From Candidatus Moraniibacteriota bacterium (GTDB lineage: Bacteria; Patescibacteriota; Minisyncoccia; Moranbacterales; UBA9337), in NCBI GenBank assembly GCA_003510795.1, contig DOKP01000063.1:1-34367 (forward strand): a DNA stretch of 34,367 nt, read 5' to 3'. The position numbers and the translations under genes were made by a program. Shown one piece after another: positions 8,675 to 22,500 of this stretch (the stretch's first letter is position 1; each line of letters opens with the position of its first letter). The notes under the pieces are model-generated. The model had not been told where the DNA came from. It searched no databases and worked only from the letters and a program-made list of their open reading frames with translations.

Positions 8675-9394
8675 ATGAATTTTATGAATAATTTAAATTT
8701 GCCTAACCATGTCGTGATTATTCCTGATGGTAATCGGCGCTGGGCAAAAGAGAAAAATCTTAAACCTTGGGAAGGGCATATGGCAGGAGCAGAGCGCATT
8801 GAAGAGTTGGTGCGAAAGGCGCTGGAAATGCAAATAGAAAACATTTCTTTCTGGGGATCATCTGTGGATAATTTGAAAAAGCGGCCACTTTTGGAAAAGA
8901 AAGCTCTTTTGGGAATTTATGAAAAATACTTCAAAAAACTTATGGATAGCGAGGAAATTCATCAAAATGAAGCTAGAATTAATATTATTGGATGCTGGCG
9001 GGAGCAATTTCCGGAAAGTTTGAAAAAAATATTGGAAGAAGGAATCAGCAAAACTAAAAATTATAAAAAACATAATTTGAATTTTTTCTTGGCGTACAAT
9101 GGCGACCATGAAATGCTGGAAGCTATTAAAAAAATATCCAAAAAAATTGGAGATAATGTGGGAAAAATTACGCCAGAATTAATTAAGGAAAATTTGATGA
9201 CCAAAGATTTGCCGATGGTGGATTTGCTAATTCGAACAGGTGGTGAACCTCATTTATCGGCGGGTTTTATGATGTGGGATTTGGCCAACGCGCAGCTTTA
9301 TTTTTCTAGAAAATTATTTCCCAGTTTTACTAAAAATGATTTTGAAAAAGCGATTGTTGATTTTTCACAGAGAGGCCGGAGGATGGGGAAGTGA
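8675..9394 (+). CDS. uppS: isoprenyl transferase (undecaprenyl-diphosphate synthase family)
   Basis: HVVIIPDGNRRWAKE, FWGSSVDNLKKRP and LLIRTGGEPHLSAGFMMWDLANAQLYF are canonical cis-prenyltransferase motifs. Confidence 0.9.
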   Translation: MNFMNNLNLPNHVVIIPDGNRRWAKEKNLKPWEGHMAGAERIEELVRKALEMQIENISFWGSSVDNLKKRPLLEKKALLGIYEKYFKKLMDSEEIHQNEARINIIGCWREQFPESLKKILEEGISKTKNYKKHNLNFFLAYNGDHEMLEAIKKISKKIGDNVGKITPELIKENLMTKDLPMVDLLIRTGGEPHLSAGFMMWDLANAQLYFSRKLFPSFTKNDFEKAIVDFSQRGRRMGK

Positions 9395-9711
9395 CCCTGG
9401 GGGGTGGAATTTTAATACTAAAAAATCATTAAGTGATGTAATAATTTAATAATCCTTGAGTTGTTTTGAAAAAGCTTTCGAATGGGGCTTTTTTTGTTTT
9501 GTGAAATTAGATTTTTTAATTTAATTCTAGGTGTTTTTTGAGTCTTAGAACCTATTTAAAAGACCCTTATTTTTATCCACATTTTTGGGCCCAAAAAGGC
9601 TTGGAGGTTTTTTGAAAAAGGTGTATAATATAAGAGTGAAGTTAAGTAAAATAGATTCGTTAAAAAGGCTTGAATTTGTTGAATTTTTAAGGATAAAATT
9701 TGCAAGATCCA

Positions 9712-10413
9712 ATGGATGAAAAAATTGAAAATAATAATAAAAAAAAATCCAAAAAAAAGAGGATTCTACTTTTGGTTATTTTGGCTTTATTTTTAATTAT
9801 AGCAGGTTTGTTTTTCTGGAATAAAAATAGGCAGCAAACTAACAATCCGAGTGATAATGAAAATTTAAGTTTGGAGGGAGATCTGGAAAACGGGGAGCCG
9901 GAAGATGAAATTTCTGAGAACGCAAAAGATAACGGAGAAAATGTTGATAAGGCAACGGTTTTCGAAGACACGAAAGAAATGGTGAGTGAAAATTATCGAG
10001 TTAGCCAGATAAATTTCGGAGTAGGCGTTCCCATAGAGCGAGGCTTGCCCAGAGATGTTACTTTGGAAATATTTCAAGTAAAAAGTGAGATGATAATTTC
10101 CCAAGAAGATAATGAGCCCAGAATATTGATTACTTGGAAAACAAACAAAGAAGCTATCTCCAATATCGAATACGCCAAAAGTGATGGGAAAAATGCCGTG
10201 GTCATTACGGAAGAGGGATACGGATTTGAACACAGCATGCTTGTAAAAAATATGGAATTTTCTACAATTTATACTTATCGGATTGAGTCTGCGGACAAGT
10301 GGGGAAATAAAGCTAGTACAGAATATTTCAGTGCCTATACTGGAGATAAATCAGAATCGATATTTGATTTAATAACTAATGCTGTAGAAGATGTGTTTGG
10401 CTGGGCGATGTAG
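9712..10413 (+). CDS. membrane-anchored protein with an acidic linker and a C-terminal FN3 / purple-acid-phosphatase-N-like beta-sandwich
   Basis: Basic N-terminus, TM segment (ILLLVILALFLIIAGLFFW), then an E/D/N-rich linker. ILITWKTNKEAISNIEYAKSDG...YTYRIESADKWGN is an FN3-like pattern. The track start at 9700 is TTG, so the in-frame ATG at 9712 is preferred. Confidence 0.6.
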   Translation: MDEKIENNNKKKSKKKRILLLVILALFLIIAGLFFWNKNRQQTNNPSDNENLSLEGDLENGEPEDEISENAKDNGENVDKATVFEDTKEMVSENYRVSQINFGVGVPIERGLPRDVTLEIFQVKSEMIISQEDNEPRILITWKTNKEAISNIEYAKSDGKNAVVITEEGYGFEHSMLVKNMEFSTIYTYRIESADKWGNKASTEYFSAYTGDKSESIFDLITNAVEDVFGWAM

Positions 10414-10435
10414 GGGAAAAATGAAAAAATAAAGA

Positions 10436-10480
10436 AACCCCCTCTTAATCTCCCCCTTGAGTACAAGAGGGAGAAGAGAA
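10436..10480 (+). repeat. TTG-AGTA-CAA hairpin element, copy B (between the FN3-like gene and the giant gene)
   Basis: aaccccctcttaaTCTCCCCCTTGagtaCAAGAGGGAGAagag. The 11-bp stem (10449-10459 / 10464-10474) has one mismatch and loop AGTA. The outer CTCT/AGAG extends the stem. It shares the aaccccctct and atctccccctt..gagtacaa..ga.ggaga blocks with copy A. Confidence 0.55.
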
Positions 10481-10517
10481 TTGAAAAAATAAAAAATAAA
10501 AAACAATTTAAATAAAA

Positions 10518-13500
10518 ATGTTTTTCGGTAAAAAAAATAAAATTCGGGTGATATTTTTTGCTACAGTGGGCGTGCTGTTGGCGGGTTTTGTTTTTGGTTT
10601 AAACTTAGTTAAGGCGCAAACAATAAAAACAACCAAGGGTACGCTTGATATTTCAGCTTATATTTTAAACCAAGAAAATAAAGAAATTCCCAATGGAAAG
10701 TATCAAGTAAGATTTGCAATTTATTCCAAGGATAGAAGTGAAAAAGATCCTTATCCATCTGATGATGATAAGAACTCGAGAATTTGGGAAGAGGAGCAGG
10801 AAGTTGAAATTTCCAGTGGTGTTTTTAATACTTATCTGGGCTTAGTCAGCGCTCTTCCGGAGAATATTGATTTGGCGGCTAGCGAATATTATTTGGGAAT
10901 TAGAATCGGTGAAGATAGTGAGAGCATACCAAGGAAAAAAATTGGCTATGTGCCCTCAGCCATAAATGCTATAAACTCAGTTAATTCTACTTTCGTTAAT
11001 GGTGCTACTACAGGAATTGCGCAAGGAAATATTTTACTGCTTGGAAAAAATGGCAAAATAGATTTAGACAGGTTGCCTACGGGAACTGATGCAAATTCAT
11101 TGGTTTTGGGAGATGATGGAAGATTGCATGATCAAAATACGGATACGGGAACAAATTCAACGGAATTTAATATTGGCAACGGGACTGGAGTAAATAGTAA
11201 TTTTAATTTAACGGTTTCAAATGCTTCCAACAAACCCGCTATTCGATTTAACGGATTAAGCCAGAAATGGGAACTTTCAAACGATGGAACGACTTTCGCG
11301 GAATTGGGCGGAGGTAGCGCTTTGCAAAGCCAAATCGATCAGCGAGCTTTGATCGGACATACTCATTCAACTGCAGATATAATTTCCGGAACACTATCGG
11401 CTAGCCGGGGAGGTACAGGATTGGATGGAGCGTTTGCAACAGACGGTCAGCTTTTAATTGGGAATGGCACCGGTTATTCTTTGGGAAATTTAAGCAGTTC
11501 AGATTCAAGTATCGTTATCACTAATGGATCGGGTGCTATTGATTTAGTTTCTTCTCTTGGGACAAATGTAGATATCTCAAGCGAAACTAACTTGACTGCT
11601 AGCGGTTTATTGCTGAATTTAACTGGAGATAATCTTTCCATAAATGAAGGAATTCTCACTGACGGAATGCTCTGTACTTACAGTTCTACAGATGGATTAA
11701 TTTGTGATACTCTAAGCAGTTCTGTCGGACATGCGCCAGTAAGTATAGGATCTCCAGCCAATGGTCTCTCAGTGAATGGAGCGCAAACCATCAGTTTAGC
11801 TTTAGCTAGCGCAACTACCAACGGAGCGTTAAGCAGTAGCGATTGGAATATTTTTAATAATAAAGTTTCCTCGCAATGGATTACCACTGGATCAGATATT
11901 TATTATCTGGCTGGGAATGTAGGAATAGGCACTTCTTCGATTGCAGAAAGATTAACCGTGGCTGGAAATATCCAATTAAGCGGAAGTATTTTTGCAACTA
12001 ATACTTCTCAAGATATCGGAACAGCGACAGAGAGATTCAGATATGGATATTTTGAAAATTTGGATGTTAATAATATAAGCGTGGGGGGATTGGATATTTC
12101 CGGATCAATAGCAAACATATTTACCATTAATTCCAATAATGCTACCAATGATACAGAAGACAGTTTCCTTGCTTTTGATCGAGGTGAAAATGGAGGAGTT
12201 TCAAATTTACCAGCTACAATTCAGTGGGATTCTGCCAATGATATTTTTGTAACTAACTATCCATTGAGTATTTCCGGCAATGCAACGGCGGCTGGATTTA
12301 GCGTGGGCGGAGAAACAATAACTGATTGGACGGGGACGGGAATGATAATTTCCGGAGGGGCTTTGACCACATCGTTGGGGACGGCAATCGATATTTCCAG
12401 TGAAACTAATCTGGCAGTTGGCGGTACATTGCTAACTAGGGCAGATGATACTCTTTCTTTGCGTGAAGGTTTCCTTGCCAACGGCAGACTTTGTACTTAT
12501 GACACAACCTCAGGCTTGGTTTGCAATACAGACAGTGCTACTGTTGGGCACAATGCTCTTACTATCAACGCTACTGCCAACGGTCTCAGTGTTAATGCTT
12601 CTCAAGTTTTATCTTTAGCTTTAGCGAGTACTTCTACCATCGGTGCCCTTAGCGATACAGATTGGGATACTTTCAATAACAAGCAAAATGCCCTAACCCT
12701 TGGAAATATTACAGGTACAACTAATCGAGTTTCCGTGGCAGGAGGAACAGGAGCTATTATCGGAACTGGAGTAACTTTGAATCTTCCTCAAGACATTGCC
12801 ACCACCAGTACTCCAACTTTCGGAGGCTTAACTGTCAGTGGTAATCAAACAATTACTGGTTCTTTAGGTATCCGAGAAAGTACTGGAGCAACTTTCTACA
12901 CATACTTCCAAGGAGGAGATCAAAGTGGAAATATTACTTACACTTTGCCAACTGGAGCTCCGGCAAGTGATGGTTATGTTTTAACTTCTGCTGCTAATGG
13001 AACAATGAGTTGGCAATCAGTTAGTGGAACCGGAGGCACCACTGGAACCGGATCAGCTAACCAGGTAACTTACTGGACCGGCACCTCTACCTTAGCTGGA
13101 GAAAATCAATTGAATGTCAGCCGAGGAGGCACTGGAATTGATGGAAGTACCGTTGCTAACGGTAGACTTTTAATTGGAAATGGAACCGGCTACACTTTAG
13201 CTAACCTAACTAGTGCTGACAGCAGTATTGTAATTACCAATGGAGCCGGAAGTATTAATTTGGTAAGTTCGTTGGGGACGGCAATCGACATCTCTTCTGA
13301 AACTAATCTAACTGGCGACGCTGAAATAGTTCTTACCGGAGATTCTCTAAGCATCGCTGCCAGTATTGCCAGAGATAGTGAACTTCATAGTGCTGTAACT
13401 TTAAGTGGTCAAACATATTTATCATTAGTCGGTCAAGCTCTGACTGCCAGCCAAATTAATTTAACTTCCCATGTGACAGGAACACTCCCCGTAGCTAACG

Positions 13501-16500
13501 GCGGAACCGGAGCCACATCTCTAAATGATTTAATTACTCTGGGCACTCACACAGCTGGAAATTACATCTCTACCGTCACCGGCAACACTCAAATCGTAGT
13601 CGGGGGAGTAGGAGCAGAAAATGCTACTGCAACTTTATCTATCGGAGCAGATTCAATTGGAGATACTCAACTAGCTTTTAACACCGGTCAACATCTAGCC
13701 ACCACCAACTCCCCAACCTTTGCCGGTCTAACTTTAAATGGCAATCAAACTTTAAATGGAACATTAGCTATTAGAGAAGGCGGAGGAACACCAACTAACT
13801 ACACAACTTTTGTCGGAGGAGTGCAAAGTGCGGATGTAACTTACACCCTTCCAACGGGAGCTCCTTCTAGCAATGGCTATTTCCTATCTGCTCAAACAGA
13901 TGGAACTTTAGCTTGGCAATCAATTTCTGGAGCAGGGGGAATGAATTCTTTTTCTCTCTCTGCCGATACTGGAACTACTCAAACAATTGGTGATTCAGAA
14001 ACAGTTAATATTTTAGGCGGAACTAATCTAGCTTCAACTATCGATGCTTCCAACAATGTTACTCTAAACTTAGATTCCACTTTAACGGGAGTAACTTGGA
14101 ATGGAAATGATATTGATATTTCTGATTACACTAATTTAAGTGGCAACGCTGAAATAGTTCTTACCGGAGATTCTCTAAGCATCGCTGCCAGTATTGCCAG
14201 AGACTCTGAACTTCACACTATCGCAACTGTCAGCGGTACTCCAAACTATATCACTCTAAGTGGACAAGATATCGTGCGAAGTTTAATTAATTTAACTTCC
14301 CATGTGACAGGAACACTCCCCGTAGCTAACGGCGGAACCGGAGCTATCACTTTAAATGATTTAATTACTCTCGGCACTCACACAACTGGCAGTTATGTGA
14401 ACACCATCACCGGCAACACTCAAATCGTAGTAGGCGGAGTAGGAGCAGAAAATGCTACTGCGACTTTATCTATCGGAGCTGATTCAATCGGAGATACTCA
14501 ACTGGAATTTAATACCGGGCAAAATTTAACTACCACATCTTCCCCAACCTTTGCCGGTCTAACTTTAAATGGCAATCAAACAGTTAATGGAACATTAGCT
14601 ATCAGAGAAGGCGGAGGAACACCAACTAATTACACAACTTTTGTCGGAGGAGTGCAAAGTGCGGATGTAACTTACACCCTTCCAGTTGCAGGAGGGAATG
14701 ATGGAGAAGTTTTAAAAACAGATGCTAGTGGTAACTTGTATTGGGCGTTAGTGGCTGGAGGAACAGGCGGGATTGGAACAGTTACTAGTGTTAGTTCAGG
14801 CAACGGTTTAACAGGAGGTCCAATAACTGGATCAGGAACTTTATCTATTAATTTATTATCTACTGACACCGATAGTGCAACAGCATCTTCTTATTCCGGA
14901 ATGGAATTTGTGGGCGGACAATTATCATTAATTAGAGGTTGTGGAGCCAATGAAGTAATGGGTTGGGACAATACAAATGGAGTTTGGAAATGTACATCGG
15001 TTTCTGGAACAGGTGGAACAACCGGCTCTGGTTTGGCGGGACATATTCCTTATTGGTCAAGCGCAAGTAATCTTACTTATGACAGTAATGGAGACTTTTT
15101 TTGGGATGTTGCTAATAATAGACTAGGAATTGGAACAACTTCTCCCGTAACTGCCTTGGATGTAAATGGAACAATTACAACTACCGGACTAACTTTAAAT
15201 GGCAATCAAACTTTAAATGGAACTCTCGCCATTAGAGAAGGCGGAGGAACACCAACTTTTTATACAACTTTTCAAGGAGCGGATCAACTAGGAAATATTA
15301 CTTATATATTGCCAGCATCAAATACAAACGGTTTGCTTCGAAATACTGCTGGAGTTTTATCTTGGGATACAAATAGCTATTTAACTGCTAATCAAACTAT
15401 TACACTTACGGGCGACGTGACAGGCAGTGGCACAACTTCAATTGATACTATAGTAGGAGATGATTCTCATGCTCATACTTCTACAACTCTTCCTGCTTCC
15501 ATTTCATATTTAGGAAGTCAAATTGACATTTCCAGTGAAACCAATCTCTCCGGCGACACAGAGATAGTTCTTACTGGAGACTCATTATCTATCGCAGCCT
15601 CGATTGCCAGAGATAGTGAACTTCACACTATCGCTACTATGAGTGGCACTCCAGACTATATTACTCTTGTTGGACAAGATATTGTCAGAGGATTAATCGA
15701 TTTAACAAGCGACATTATCGGAACACTCCCGATAGCCAATGGAGGAACCGGAGCTACATCTTTAAATGATTTAATTACTCTCGGCACTCACACAGCCGGA
15801 AATTACATCAACACTATTACCGGTAACACTCAAATTGTTGTCGGGGGAGTGGGAGCAGAAAATGCTACTGCGACTTTATCTATCGGAGCCGATTCCATCG
15901 GAGATACACAATTAGAATTCAACACCGGACAAAATCTAACTACCACAAGTTCCCCAACATTTGCCGGACTAACAGTTAGTGGTAATCAAACAGTAACCGG
16001 AACTTTAGGAATTAGAGAAAGTACCGGAGCAACTTTCTATACATATTTCCAAGGAGCAGATCAAATAGGGAATGTAACTTATACTTTACCCTCGGGTGCG
16101 CCAGTGGCTGATAATTATGTTTTGACTTCCGCTATGGATGGAACTTTGGCGTGGCAATCAAGTGGAGCGGTGGGAGCAGTAAATGGAAATGGGGCTGCTA
16201 ATCAAGTAGCCTATTGGACCGGAGTGGGAACAATTGCCGGAGAAAACCAACTCAACGTAAGTCGAGGAGGAACAGGAGTTAACGCTTCTGCTATTGCTGA
16301 TGGACAACTTCTAATTGGAAATGACACAGCTAATAACTATACTTTAGCCACCTTAACTCCCGGAGATGGAATTAATATTACCAATGGAGCCGGATCAATT
16401 ACAGTAGCTTCCACCTTAGGAACGAGTATTGATATATCCAGCGAAACTAATCTGGCTGGAGATTCTGAAATAGTTTTAGATAGTGACTCTCTATATATTG

Positions 16501-19500
16501 CCGCTTCAATTGCTCGCGACTCTGAACTACATGACTCTATGACCTTAAGCGGAGAGTCTTATCTTTCCAGAGTCGGTCAAGCTCTAACCGCTAACCAAAT
16601 TAATCTTGCCAGCCATGTAACTGGAACACTTCCAATTGCTAACGGCGGAACCGGAGCTGTAACTTTAGATAATTTAATCACTCTCGGCACTCACACAACG
16701 GGTAGTTATGTAAACACCATTACCGGCAACACTCAAATAGTTGTCGGCGGAGTAGGAGCAGAAAATGCTACCGCGACTTTAGCTATCGGAGCAGACTCCA
16801 TCGGAGATACTCAATTAGAATTTAATACCGGACAAAATTTAACTACCACAAGTTCCCCAACATTTGTCGGCTTAACTTTAAATGGCAATCAAGCAATTAC
16901 GGGAACTTTGGGAATCCGAGAAAGTGACGGAGCAACTTTCTATACTTATTTCCAAGGAGCCGATCAAATCGGGAATGTAACTTATACTTTACCATCAGGT
17001 GCGCCAGTGGCTGATAATTATGTTTTAACTTCCGCTACGGATGGAACCATGAGTTGGTCATTAGTCAGTGGAGTGGGCGGAATGAGTTCCTTTTCTCTCG
17101 CAGCGGACACCGGCACCACTCAAACTATTGGCAATACTGAAACAGTTTCAATTTTAGGCGGTACTAACATAGCTTCAACTATCGATGCGTCTAACAATGT
17201 TACTCTAAACTTAGATTCCACTTTAACGGGAGTGACTTGGAATGGAACTGATATTGATATTTCTGATTACACTAACCTTGCTGGCGACACAGAAATAGTT
17301 CTTACTGGAGATTCTCTAAGCATTGCAGCCAGTATCGCCAGAGATAGTGAGCTTCACAGCGAAGTAACTTTAGGCGGAGAGTCATATCTTTCCAGAGTTG
17401 GTCAAGCTCTAACGGCTAATCAAATTAATCTTGCCAGCCATGTAACCGGAACACTTCCGATTGCTAACGGCGGAACCGGAGCGACAACTCTTAATGATTT
17501 AATTACTCTCGGAACTCACACAGCTGGAAATTATGTGCAGTCGATAACTAATGGTGATGGAATTTTAGGTGGAAACGGAGGAAGCGAGGGTTCAGCGCTT
17601 ACTCTTTCTATAGACGCACTTACGACTGGCACAACTCTTACTACTTTTTCTAATTCCGGATTAGAGACCACCGCCGATGGAGTGAGATTAATCGGGGGAT
17701 GTAATGATGGACAAATTTTAACTTGGGATGCGGATGATGTCAGATGGGAGTGCACTACTAATACAGCCGGATCAAGCGATTGGACTGATGACGGAACCGC
17801 TACTTATCTAACAGACGTGACTAATGATTTTATTATCGGAGGAACTTCTCTAGCTTCTTCGATGTTTGGTGTTGATGAATCAGCTGGAGCGTTCTATTTT
17901 GGTTCAGACGCGAGCGCTAACCCAAGTTTTAACTTCACCGCTACCGATAGCGATACCGGAACTTTTGGATTTAATGATAATGACGCATTTTATTTCAGTG
18001 GAGCGAATGTGGGGATTGGGATAGCTGCTCCAACAGAAGCATTACATATTTCGGGGGGAAATATATTATTAGATAATACATATAGCTTAAAATGGTCTGC
18101 CGGTCCGCAAATTACAGGTGGCCCATCAATGACAATAGACGGGGGGACAAACGTATTGAACTTTAGAGGAAATTCCACAAATCATACTTTCATTTCCGTT
18201 GGCGGAAATTGGGGGCTTGGAGATGCGACACCTGAATCGCGGATGGAAATTAGCGCAAATGGAGGAGCTACTGATTTATTTATGCTTTCTTCGAATGATG
18301 ATCTTAATGGAGATTTATTTGTAGTTAAAAATTCTGGTTATGTCGGTATTGGCGACACCACTCCCGCCTCATTATTCACTGTTGGTGATGGTGATTTATT
18401 CCAAATCAATTCTTCTGGTCAAGTAGTGGCTGGAACATGGAACGGAACAGATATTGATATTTCTGACTATACCAATCTGGCCGTAGATGGATCAGGTGAA
18501 ATCGTTTTAACCGGAGATACTTTAAGTATCGCGGCTTCAATTGCTCGCGACGCTGAACTGCATGATGCTATGACCTTAAGTGGAGAATCGTATCTTTCCA
18601 GAGTCGGTCAAGCTCTGACAGCTGCTCAAATTAACCTCGCTTCTCATGTAACCGGAACTCTCCCAGTCGGAAATGGTGGCACCGGACTGAGTGCCTACGG
18701 AACCTCTAACCAAATCATGGGAATGAACGCGGCCGGCAATGCCCTCGAATACAAAACAGTTAGTGGAACTGCTAATCAAATTACAGTTACAAACGCGGTT
18801 AATTCTTTAACTTTATCTTTACCACAAGATATTGCCACCACATCGAGCCCAACATTTGCCGGAGTAACATTGAGTGGACTTACCCCCGGATCAATTCCAT
18901 TTATTGGAACGGGTGGAATAGTTTCGCAGGATAACTTAAATCTATCTTGGAATGACGCGAGCAATTATCTTTATCTTGGTTCAGCTTTCTCGTTTGGCAT
19001 TGACGCGACTGATTCCAATAAATTTAAAATATATTCCGGCAATGGCATCGCAGGAACATCTGAATTTAGCATTGATGAAAATGGAGTTACTTCAATTGCT
19101 AATCTTGAGCTGGGAGAATTGGCTTTTAATGATGATTCCGGGGCGATCTCTTGGATTGATATGGGAGTTACGTCTGGTGCAGTGGACAATACGATAGAAT
19201 CATATACTGCTCAACTTGACGGTAATCCAATGCTAACAATTTATGGCCTTTCTGATGGATTGGGTGGAGTAGACAATTTGGGGGTCGGCATCGGCACAGT
19301 TACTCCAACTGCCAAACTTCACATTGCTGCGGGAATGGCAACTGCAGGCGGAGCTCCTCTCAAACTAACCAGCGGAACAAATTTAACCACTCCCGAAGCT
19401 GGAGCTTTTGAATATGATGGTACTAACTTATATTTCACTCCAAATACTACTCGAGAAGAAGTCGCCTTTATGAGTGATATTACCGCTTCAGCTGTCACGC

Positions 19501-22500
19501 TCACCAATTCTCCCGCTACTTATGATTACCTTACAATTTCCGATCAAGCGATTACTCTTAATCAAATAAATTTAACTACTGATGTAACCGGAACATTGCC
19601 AGTCGGAAATGGTGGAACTGGCTTGACTTCATACGGCGCTGCTAATCAAATCATGGGAATGAATGCGGCTGGGGACGCCTTGGAATACAAAACAGTTTCT
19701 GGGACTGCCAATCAAGTTACAATTACCCCAGCCGCTAATTCTTTGACCTTATCTTTACCTCAAGATATCCACACCGCCGCCAATCCGACATTCGCTGGCC
19801 TGACTTTAAGCGGCCTCACTGCCGGTTCAATTCCATTCATCGGAACAGGCGGAATAGTTTCGGAGGATAATGACAATTTATTTTATGACGTGACAAATCA
19901 TTATCTGGGACTGGGTACAACAACTCCAACATATATGCTAGACATTGCAGGTGCTAGCGGACTTTCCAATCTATTTAGGATTTCTTCCGCCGGCTCCGAC
20001 ATCATGACCGTGACTGATACCCAAACAACTTTCAGCAATCCAGTCGCCTTCGGTTCAGTTGGAGATGTCTCAATGGCGTATGATTTGGTGATGAGTAATT
20101 CTTCATCTGCTAATATTAATTTTAATGGTTCAGGATATATTCAAACCACTAGCGCTTGGCAAAATCTAGATCTGACATTGAGCGCGGCTAATGATGGTTA
20201 TATCGTGGCGGCTGACACTCTTTTAAATGATGTCGATTTATCTGCTGTTACTGCCGGGGAGTATTATGGAACTAACATTGATGTGGATTCAACTGGAATA
20301 TTTACCACCGGCACGACTAATATTTATGGCATCAATTCTAACGCCACTGCCAGCGGAATTTCCACCGGTGGAACAGTCAATACTTACGGCGGATATTTCA
20401 GCGCCACAGGAGAAAACACCGGCGCTGCTACGACCAATGCTTATGGACTCTATGTAAACGGTGCCACCGGCGCGGATAATAATTATTCCGCCGCCTTTAT
20501 GAATGGAAATGTGGGGATTGGAACAGCCACGCCAACTTATAATTTAGAAATAGCTGATGATAGCAGTGAATTATATAGTTTTTATGCAAATAAAAGCAAT
20601 GGAAATACGGACAGTTCTGTAATTCGTGCTTCAGGAACCAGTAACACGACAGGTGTTCGTTCTTCGGCTGTTGGTGGATGGGCATTAAGAGGTGATCATG
20701 CTGGTACTGCTTCTGGAGGCGCACTGCAACTGTATAGTGGAAGCATAACTTCTTCTGTTCTTGCATATTTTACACAAGCTAGTAGTGTTTTTTCAGGCGA
20801 TGCATTAGTTATGAACATGGGAAGGGGAGGCGGATCGTTTACAGGAAACTTTATCAATCTTCAGGTTAATGATAGCTCTTTGTTTACAATCAACGCCAGC
20901 GGGCAAGTGGTAGCGGGCACCTGGATGGGCGCCACTATTGGAGTGGGTTATGGAGGAACGGGAACTTCGACTGCCTTTACAACTGGTTCAATTCCATTTG
21001 CTGGAGCGGGCGGAGTGTATACCCAGGATAATAGTAATTTCTTCTGGGATAACTCCACTAAGCGCTTAGGAATTGGTACCAATACTCCTGGATCAATGCT
21101 TGATTTATTTGGAGTAAATAATCAATTGAGATTCTCTTATGATATTAGCAATTACGCTACGCTTTCGGCTGATAATACTGGCGCTCTCGTGATGAGCGGT
21201 AGTGGCGCGAGTGGTTCAAAAATAACTATCGGTTCGGGCTTAGCCGAAGATTCTTTGGCAATTTTTGATGGCAATGCTCAGGACTTTCATTTAGGCTTGG
21301 ATGACACGGATGACATCTTTAAAATCGGTTTAGGCGGAGCTTTGGGCACGACTGATTTCTTATCCATGGATGCCAATGGAAGAATCGGCATTGGTACCGT
21401 AGCGCAAACAGCATTATTACACCTAAATGGAACTGAGGGCGTGGTGGGATTAGAAATTAATTCTAATCAAACTACCTCCACAAATAATATTATGATGCTT
21501 CGCTCAGATGTGGCGAGCGCCGATGATGCAGTTTTCCGCGTGCAAGCCAATGGAGCGGTTTATGCTGATGGAGCTTACACGGGGACAGGCGCAGACTATG
21601 CTGAGTATTTCTTTACTAAGAACAAAGATTTAGTGGCCGGAGAAACAGTTTGTATCGATGAAGAAAATAATAATGCCATAAAGAGATGTAGCCGAAGCGG
21701 AGACACTAATATCATGGGTATTGTTTCCAGCAATCCTTCGGTAATCGGTAATGGCCAAGATGACAGAGAAAATGATGAGAATTATAAAGTGATTGGAATG
21801 TTAGGCCAGATTCCAGCCAGAGTAAATGATGAAAACGGAGCTATCAAAATCGGAGATGGATTAGCTGCGGCCAATATGCCCGGATATTTAAGAAAAGCCG
21901 AAGCCGGAGAGTCAACGGTTGGTATCGCGTTGGAGAAATTAGTTAGCGGTGATAGTACAATTCAAGTGATGATTTCCAGGAGGAATAAAAGCTTGACCGT
22001 AGAAACCGTCGAGCAATCTATCCAAGACAGAATTGCCAATATGGAAATAGAAGATCAAGTTAATCAAATTATTGCCAATGGCGCAGAAATGTTGGAAGTT
22101 AGATCCAGTTTAGCGAGCTTGGAATTGGCTGTAACTGGCAATGGTCTTTTGGTTACTGATATTCAAATCCAGATGAATCAAATCAAAGAACAAATTAGAG
22201 AGATTGATTTTGTTGAGATGAATGATAAACTGGATACTCTTTTGAGCTTTTTAGATGCGTCCGATGGAAATGTAAAAATTGATGGAAAATTAGAAGTAGC
22301 CATAACGGAAACAGGCGCTTTGGTGATAAAAAATATTGACTTAGAGGCGCCAACAATTGGAACTGGAAAAATTTGCGGTTTGATTGCGGATACTAAAGAT
22401 GAGAACGGAAATTACGATAATATTGATGATTGCAGTGGAAATAAAATTCCATATGACAAAGATGGAGACCAAATGAATGATTGGACAAATAATACTGAGC

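Noticed and set aside
9470-9500. Terminator after uppS (aaaaagc...gcttttttt)
   Set aside because: The stem would be only ~7 AT-rich bp with an 11-nt loop, and the T-run is itself part of the stem. This is too weak to call.
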